Source: Candidatus Krumholzibacteriota bacterium | GTDB taxonomy: Bacteria > Krumholzibacteriota > Krumholzibacteriia > JAJRXK01 | DNA: 64,000 bases | Direction of reading: 5' to 3' | Assembly: GCA_963727455.1 (NCBI GenBank) | Contig: CAVSGG010000005.1 | Span: 32,001 to 96,000 of the forward strand | Shown: piece by piece, positions 60,201 to 64,000 of the stretch | Layout: every line of letters starts with the position of its first letter | Position numbering within the stretch: the stretch's first letter is position 1 | The notes under the pieces: model-generated | What the model saw: the letters and a program-made list of their open reading frames with translations, nothing else | What the model was told of the DNA's origin: nothing | The model's database searches: none | Position numbers and translations under genes: made by a program

Positions 60201-62442
60201 CGCGATGGTGAGCACGAGCGGCGAATTCGCGGCGGGAAGTTCGGATGCCGGCATCACTGTGGCCGAGATCGACGATGGTGCCCTCATTTTGACCCCCACC
60301 GAGGGTTCAGATTTCAGCGGCACGAGCCTGCCTTCGGGTTGGCAGAGCACACCTTGGGTCGCCGGAGGCGGAGGAGTGGTGAGCGGGGGCGTCCTCTCGG
60401 TGGACGGTGCTCTTGTCGGTACGAACACGGTCTATTCGCCGGGACGGGTCCTGGAATTCCAGGCGACCTTCGGCCCCGAGATTTTCCAACACGTGGGCTT
60501 TGCGGTGGATTTCGACACCGTGGATAGCTGGGCCATGTTCTCGACTTCCAATCAGACCAGCGATCTCTATGCTCGCACTTCTCCGGGAGGGGCCGACGTC
60601 AACCTGGGTAGTGGCTACGTGGGAAGTTCGCATCTCTATCGCATCGAGTGGAATGCCGATAGCGTCCTGTTCTACATCGATGGAGTGCTGGTCAACACCC
60701 AGAACGTGAGTATCGCCACCGACATGCGGCCCGTCGCCAGCGACGTTCACTACAACGATGGCAATCTCATCGCAATTGACTGGCTGCGGATGACGCCCTA
60801 CGCCTCATCCGGCACTTGGGAATCGACGATTCACGATACGGGGCAGTCCAATTCCACCTGGCATACTCTGAGCTGGACGCAGAACGTGCCGGACGGAACT
60901 TCAGTTGTGGTGAGTTCTCGCGCTGGCGACACGCCGACACCCGATGGAAGTTGGAGCAGCTACACTCCGGTGGCCTCCTCCGGGACGGACCTCGCTCTCG
61001 CAGGGCAGTACCTGCAACTCCGGGTGCAGCTCTCCAGTCTCGATGGCACTGCGACCCCGGTCTTCGAGGACTACTCGGTCACCTGCACCGGCTGTCTCGA
61101 CAACACACCGCCGGACGCCTTGACGAACCTGACGGCGACTCAGGTCAAGTCGGGCAATCCGGTGGGCCAACTCACACAGATCACCGTGAGTTGGAGCGGA
61201 AGTGAGCCGGGTTCTACCGTGGAAGTGTTCCGCAAAGGCTTCGGTGACTATCCCGCATACGATGACGGACCCACCCCAGGAGTTGCGCCCACGTTGCCGG
61301 CCGATCCGGCGGCGGCAGCGAGTGAGGGTTGGAGTTCGGTATATCAAGGCTCCGGTCTCGAGTTCACAGAGTTGCCTCCCTCGCGTGACTTCTGGTATTA
61401 CGTCGCATTCGTCACTGACGCCTGCGAGAATGTCTCGGCCGTCTCGAACATGACGACAGGCACCTTGAGCTATCATCTGGGCGACGTGTCGGATGGAGTG
61501 ACCGCAGGGACGGGAAACAACGATGTGGCCCTCGAGGACATCTCTTACCTCGGCGCTCATTACGGAACAAGCCGCGGCGAGGCCCTCTACGAAGCGGCCC
61601 TGGATGTGGGACCAACGAGCACGACGACCATCGATGGCCGTCCGACGACCGATGGTCTTATAGGCTTTGAGGATCTCATCCTGTTCGCGATCAACTTCGG
61701 CGTCGTTTCCAAACAGGAGACCGCTTGGACCCCGCCCAAGACGGCAGGCATCAACTCTCTGGTGTGGCAAGCGCCGGCGACTCTGCCGGCGGCGGGAGAG
61801 GTGGTCGATCTACCGCTCGTCATGGATGGTAATGGGGCCGTGCTGGGACTCAGCACGCGATTGCAGTGGGATCATTCAGTCTTGGCCTTCCAGGGTTTCT
61901 ACGCAGGAGAGCTTCTCTCCAAGCAGGAGGGCACGGAGCTTCTTTTGCAGCCGGAAGAGGGTGTGATGGATCTGACTCTGTTGGGCGTGCGAGAGAGGGG
62001 GATCCAGGGAAGGGGAATCCTTGCTCACGCGAGCTTCAAGGTGCTTAAACAGGCCGATCCAGGGTTTGCGACCGGAGAAGTCGTTGCGCGTGATCTCAAC
62101 AACACAAAGGTGGATGTGACGGTGGAACTGTCGCATGACCAGGCGCCTGTGATCAGCAGACCGCTCGTGACGGCTCTTCACCCGAACTATCCGAACCCCT
62201 TCAACCCCAGCACCTCGATCGCTTTCGATTTGGCCCGAAGTGGACCGGTCTCGCTGAAAATTTACAGCGTGAGCGGCCGCCTGGTAAGAACTCTGATCAA
62301 CGAGCTCCGTCCGGCCGGCAGTTTCGTCGAGGTGTGGAATGGAACCGATGACACGGGGCGTGGAGTGGCCTCGGGCAGCTACCTGGTGCGGCTCCACACC
62401 GAGGCGGGATCACAGATTCAGCGGATGATCCTGAGCAAGTAA
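54268..62442 (+). CDS. Giant secreted multidomain protein (DMF-amidase beta-like/DUF6605, Ig, DUF4082, SbsA-Ig, deacetylase-like barrel, 2x FN3+LamG-like, dockerin-like, cohesin-like, FlgD-Ig CTD)
   Basis: Signal peptide; TWQAYN.WG, SYNRP, SVGHDEYWS, FFSGN, VFGAGTVQW; VELGMKF...NYWVDV (DUF4082); C-terminal PNYPNPFNP.T.I.F......V.LKIY...GRLVRTL. Confidence 0.85.
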   Translation: MSRARVFSTVLSFLALIVFAAGSAWAQNAIVTENALPGNPPSEWDVSGAGDQSIQGFATDISVDQGETIDFKIRTDASSYRIDIYRLGFYGGDGARKVATVLPSATLPQTQPSCISDSATGCLDCGNWDVSASWAVPVDATSGIYLAKLVRTDPEDGRASHIVFIVRDDDGGSDLLFQTSDTTWQAYNRWGESDPTGGYSIYEGPTGKADKISYNRPFGTRAYPTEDWLFNAEYPMVRWLERNGFDVSYFTDVDTDRRGAEILEHQVFMSVGHDEYWSRAARENVTAARDAGVNLAFFSGNEIYWKIRWEDSIDGNGTPMRTLVCYKEGDLGENQCFDKCDPVSDVWTGLWRSGCDYTPPADGCEPENALSGQISWLGTTGAITVPSTYKDLPLWRNTSIATLGPEETATFPSGTLGYEWDFEQYEDSYPAGRIRMSETHQDGETHQLSLYRHSSGALVFGAGTVQWSWGLDANHDRSGGAEDARMQQATVNVLADMGVQPATLQTGLVAATPLSDSTAPVSVIAFPTDGSSVEVGTPATISGTASDSGGGAVALIELSFDGGATWQTAQGLSNWSYQWTPTSTGPVTIMSRATDGAFNTQTPGAGISLTVDPHVCPCTLWSDAVIPGTIDSGDALAVELGMKFQTEENGYITAIRFYKAATNTGVHVGNLWASDGTLLGSATFSAESASGWQEEPLNPPVAVTANSTYVVSYHTNTGYYSVDSGYFASTGLSNPPLRALAEGEEGSNGVYKYGATSAFPTDAFNSSNYWVDVRFHTSAVDDQAPYLTIHSPATGALGVAVESKVTATFNESVDPLSVVFELRDAGNNLVTTNFSYDGPSRTAILDPAVDLDYSSQYTATLSDATDLASNSLSAPVSWSFNTEDVPPPPPDEGPGGPILVVGDAANPFTRYPAEILRTEGLNAFTASDITLIDASVLANYDVVILGEMALSAAQVTMFSDWVNAGGNLIALRPDKQLASLLGLSDASGTLDDGYLLVDTSVGPGVGIVGETIQYHSSADLYDLAGATALATLYSDATTATTHPAVSLVSVGSNGGQAAAFSYDLARSVVYTRQGNPAWAGQERDGTTPIRSDDLFFGDAAGDPQADWVDLNKVAIPQADEQQRLLANLVLTMNEDRKPLPRFWYFPRGLRAVVVMTGDDHGSGSNSVGRFDIYKASDPSGCSVADWECVRASTYLYPASGGMTDAQAVYYQSLGFEIGVHVTTSCGDWTESSLASDYTQQLGDFYTLFPSMPTPDSERTHCIAWSEWATQPKIELQNGIRLDTNYYYWPGSWLQDRPGMFTGSGMPMRFADLDGTMIDVYQATTQMTDESDQSFPYTIDTLLDRAQGPEGYFGFFTANMHNDSVTHASASAIIASAQARGVPVISARQLLTWIDARNSSSFSNLVWSSNTLNFDVARSASALNLEGMIPVQVGAATLQSLSGDLGSVWERTEIIKGIQYAIFPAESGSYVATYEVDTTPPVISNVNAAPAIDGTAVITWDTDEAASSRVDYGTDAGNLNLSVSDATLESSHSLTLTGLASATTYYYRVSSADAGALLSTEPPTGNAPLSFLTPVGPCLNDATVADFAAGTPDANVYISKIFDGELTLAPTEVAEFDGSAVPAGWNSGLWDPSGSATVSGGVLTLDAAYTGTDQVYGPDRAVEFAGTFQNVGGQHCGFGVTFNETNWAIFSTGVSGGTLYARVADGGTLIDFDLGSSTLGSEHLYRIEWASSEVRFYIDDVLVHTESIVLSTSMRPLASDLNPGGPDLTIDWMRMSPYASSGTYLSRVYDGGEATNWGMINWDAVEPLNTSVSVAVRIGNTATPDASWSPFGVIANPGDVVGGNSRYVQYRVILTSSNPLNNPLQKDVVLECAPGPDVDPPVILNVVATPSIDGTAATVSWTTLEAADSRVDYDTSPTPLTLQESDASLVFNHSVDLTGLTPGQTYYFRVSSADAASNSATEPILADPALSFTTPAPACAMVSTSGEFAAGSSDAGITVAEIDDGALILTPTEGSDFSGTSLPSGWQSTPWVAGGGGVVSGGVLSVDGALVGTNTVYSPGRVLEFQATFGPEIFQHVGFAVDFDTVDSWAMFSTSNQTSDLYARTSPGGADVNLGSGYVGSSHLYRIEWNADSVLFYIDGVLVNTQNVSIATDMRPVASDVHYNDGNLIAIDWLRMTPYASSGTWESTIHDTGQSNSTWHTLSWTQNVPDGTSVVVSSRAGDTPTPDGSWSSYTPVASSGTDLALAGQYLQLRVQLSSLDGTATPVFEDYSVTCTGCLDNTPPDALTNLTATQVKSGNPVGQLTQITVSWSGSEPGSTVEVFRKGFGDYPAYDDGPTPGVAPTLPADPAAAASEGWSSVYQGSGLEFTELPPSRDFWYYVAFVTDACENVSAVSNMTTGTLSYHLGDVSDGVTAGTGNNDVALEDISYLGAHYGTSRGEALYEAALDVGPTSTTTIDGRPTTDGLIGFEDLILFAINFGVVSKQETAWTPPKTAGINSLVWQAPATLPAAGEVVDLPLVMDGNGAVLGLSTRLQWDHSVLAFQGFYAGELLSKQEGTELLLQPEEGVMDLTLLGVRERGIQGRGILAHASFKVLKQADPGFATGEVVARDLNNTKVDVTVELSHDQAPVISRPLVTALHPNYPNPFNPSTSIAFDLARSGPVSLKIYSVSGRLVRTLINELRPAGSFVEVWNGTDDTGRGVASGSYLVRLHTEAGSQIQRMILSK
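58693..61086 (+). repeat. Intragenic tandem duplication of about 400 aa
   Basis: Unit 1 starts DTTPPVISNV (58693), unit 2 DVDPPVILNV (59893), 1200 nt apart; shared SRVDY, VSGGVL, QH.GF, HLYRIEW, FYID.VLV, MRP.ASD, IDW.RM.PYASSGT, TPD.SWS. Confidence 0.85.
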
Positions 62443-62450
62443 GCCAACCC

Positions 62451-63677
62451 TTGTCTGAACGCTCGACTCGATTGCACCGCAAGCTTCATCCGGGCGAATT
62501 CGTCGCCCTGATGGCTTTGATGACCTCCCTGGTGGCGTTGTCGATCGACGGAATGCTTCCCGCGCTGGCGCCGATTGGCCGCGATCTGGGCGCCAGCGCC
62601 GCCAACCAAACTCAATGGGTGGTCACGGCGCTTCTCATCGGATTGGCACTGGGACAGCTCGTCTACGGTCCCCTCAGTGACAGCACTGGTCGCAAGGGCC
62701 CCGTGCACGTGGGCCTGATCCTCTTCGCCGTAGGTTGCCTACTCTGCATCGTGGCGGGCGACTTTCGTACCATGCTGGCGGGACGGTTGCTGCAGGGCCT
62801 GGGCGCGGCAGGGCCACGCAGCGTCTCCATCGCCCTCATCCGCGACCTTCACGCTGGTCGCGAGATGGCCAAGATCATGTCTCTCATCATGTCGGTGTTC
62901 ATCCTGGTGCCCATCCTGGCACCGGCGGTGGGGGAGCTCATTCTGCTGCTCGTAAACTGGCGCGGGATCTTCGGGTTCTTTCTTTTGCTCTCGCTTCTGG
63001 TGTTGTTCTGGTTCGCGCTGCGTCAACCCGAGACGCTGCCGCGTCAACGCAGAAAGCCATTCACTTTCAGGAAACTCGGCAGGACAGTGGCAGTGGTCCT
63101 GCGGGACCGGGCCGCCATTGGCTTCACCTTGACTTCCGGGATCTCCTCGGGCGCCTTCATCGGCTATCTCAGTTCGGCCCAGCAGATCTTCCAGGACGTC
63201 TACCAAGTAGGCTCGCGCTTCGCCCTGTACTTTGCGATTCTGGCCGCGTCGATCGGCCTGGCTGCGCTACTGAACGGTCGGCTTGTGATGCGCTTGGGGA
63301 TGATCCGGCTCTCCACCTGGGCATTACGCTCGATTTGCGTTTTGTCGGCTGCGTTTCTTCTGGCCTCATTCGGCTTGCCCGGCAAGCTGGGTCTCCTCTG
63401 GTTCATGGTCTACATGATTCTGACCTTCTTCTGTGTGGGGATCCTCTTTGGCAACATGAACGCGCTGGCCATGGAGACCCTGGGCGAAATCGCCGGCGTG
63501 GGAGCTGCGGTGGTGGCCTCCGTCTCGCTCTCGGTTTCGATCGTCTTGGGCGCAATCATCGGTCAGAGCTTCAACGGCACCGTCATCCCCCTGGTGGGCG
63601 GATTTGCCCTGTTGAGTCTCTGCAGCCTACCTCTCATCGCCTGGGCGGACCGTGGCCGGATCACCCATGGCGTGTGA
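62451..63677 (+). CDS. Bcr/CflA family multidrug MFS transporter
   Basis: ALSIDGMLPAL, GQLVYGPLSD..GRK, GRLLQGLG, APAVG, PETL; about 12 TM helices. Confidence 0.9.
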   Translation: MSERSTRLHRKLHPGEFVALMALMTSLVALSIDGMLPALAPIGRDLGASAANQTQWVVTALLIGLALGQLVYGPLSDSTGRKGPVHVGLILFAVGCLLCIVAGDFRTMLAGRLLQGLGAAGPRSVSIALIRDLHAGREMAKIMSLIMSVFILVPILAPAVGELILLLVNWRGIFGFFLLLSLLVLFWFALRQPETLPRQRRKPFTFRKLGRTVAVVLRDRAAIGFTLTSGISSGAFIGYLSSAQQIFQDVYQVGSRFALYFAILAASIGLAALLNGRLVMRLGMIRLSTWALRSICVLSAAFLLASFGLPGKLGLLWFMVYMILTFFCVGILFGNMNALAMETLGEIAGVGAAVVASVSLSVSIVLGAIIGQSFNGTVIPLVGGFALLSLCSLPLIAWADRGRITHGV

Positions 63678-63713
63678 AGCGAATTCACATGGACCGTGAA
63701 GATCGTGGCAAGA

Positions 63714-64000
63714 TCAGCGGGAGCCGAACTGCGCTTTCAATCGGCCGATTGTCGTCGTTTCGGAGGGCACGAGGTTCTCGAGGACCACGCTGGCGGCATC
63801 GTAGAGAATCACGACGAGATCGATCGGCGTTCCGTCATTCAGATTTCCGGTGAGGTGGTTTTCAGCCCCGAGTCCCTGGCTACCCTCGATCGAAAGATGA
63901 TGTCCGGTCACCGTGAGCACAGAGCTTCCCCAGAGCACGATGTGGCCCTGGTAGTCGCCACCGGAGAGGAAGATCTTGGAGTTCTTGAAGGCCTCGATGC
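63714..64000 (-). CDS. Hypothetical protein, C-terminal part (5' end beyond window), ending in a variant TIG-x-LK tail
   Basis: Frame open to the window edge (…IEAFKNSKIFLSGGDYQGHIVLWGSS…LTGNLNDGTPIDL…); ends VPSETTTIGRLKAQFGSR. Confidence 0.65.
   Translation of the reverse strand, partial: IEAFKNSKIFLSGGDYQGHIVLWGSSVLTVTGHHLSIEGSQGLGAENHLTGNLNDGTPIDLVVILYDAASVVLENLVPSETTTIGRLKAQFGSR

Noticed and set aside
1-64000. CRISPR arrays, rRNA, IS elements, integrases, prophage or defence genes, recoding signals
   Set aside because: No regularly spaced direct repeats, transposase or integrase motifs, or interrupted conserved genes were seen by eye; short or degenerate elements could have been missed.

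Overview
GC-rich bacterial chromosomal window. The C-terminal PNPFNP/FlgD-Ig export domain and GldAFG-like ABC genes suggest an FCB-group lineage such as Krumholzibacteriota/Eisenbacteria/Latescibacterota (inference only). Bases 1-43580 are mostly housekeeping: ispH end, GldA/F/G-like ABC + DUF4340, ygfZ-iscS-iscA, pepA, oppABC, xseAB, an OPT transporter, propionyl-CoA carboxylase + methylmalonyl-CoA epimerase, two thiolases, crotonase, an LpoB-like lipoprotein pair, a swivel-first LeuD-LeuC-like fusion, leuB, tRNA-Leu-tig-clpP-clpX-lon-engB, purA and tRNA-Lys. After tRNA-Lys the content becomes accessory and envelope-related: a secreted hydrolase, MacAB-type ABC, DUF2207, a small cohesin-like protein, a 2724-aa multidomain exoprotein and a Bcr/CflA MFS. 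Most notable: (1) four unrelated proteins (three with visible signal peptides, one cut by the window edge) end in the same short non-transmembrane tail, (S/T)-(W/I)-G-x-L-K-(A/T)-x-(Y/F), a candidate protein-sorting signal; (2) a tail-bearing cohesin-like gene sits directly upstream of a giant exoprotein carrying dockerin-like, cohesin-like and FlgD-Ig/T9SS-like C-terminal modules, suggesting a non-cellulosomal cohesin-dockerin surface assembly; (3) a small CxxCH protein resembles the animal temptin domain. No CRISPR array, rRNA, integrase or transposase was seen. All calls are by eye; no database searches were run.
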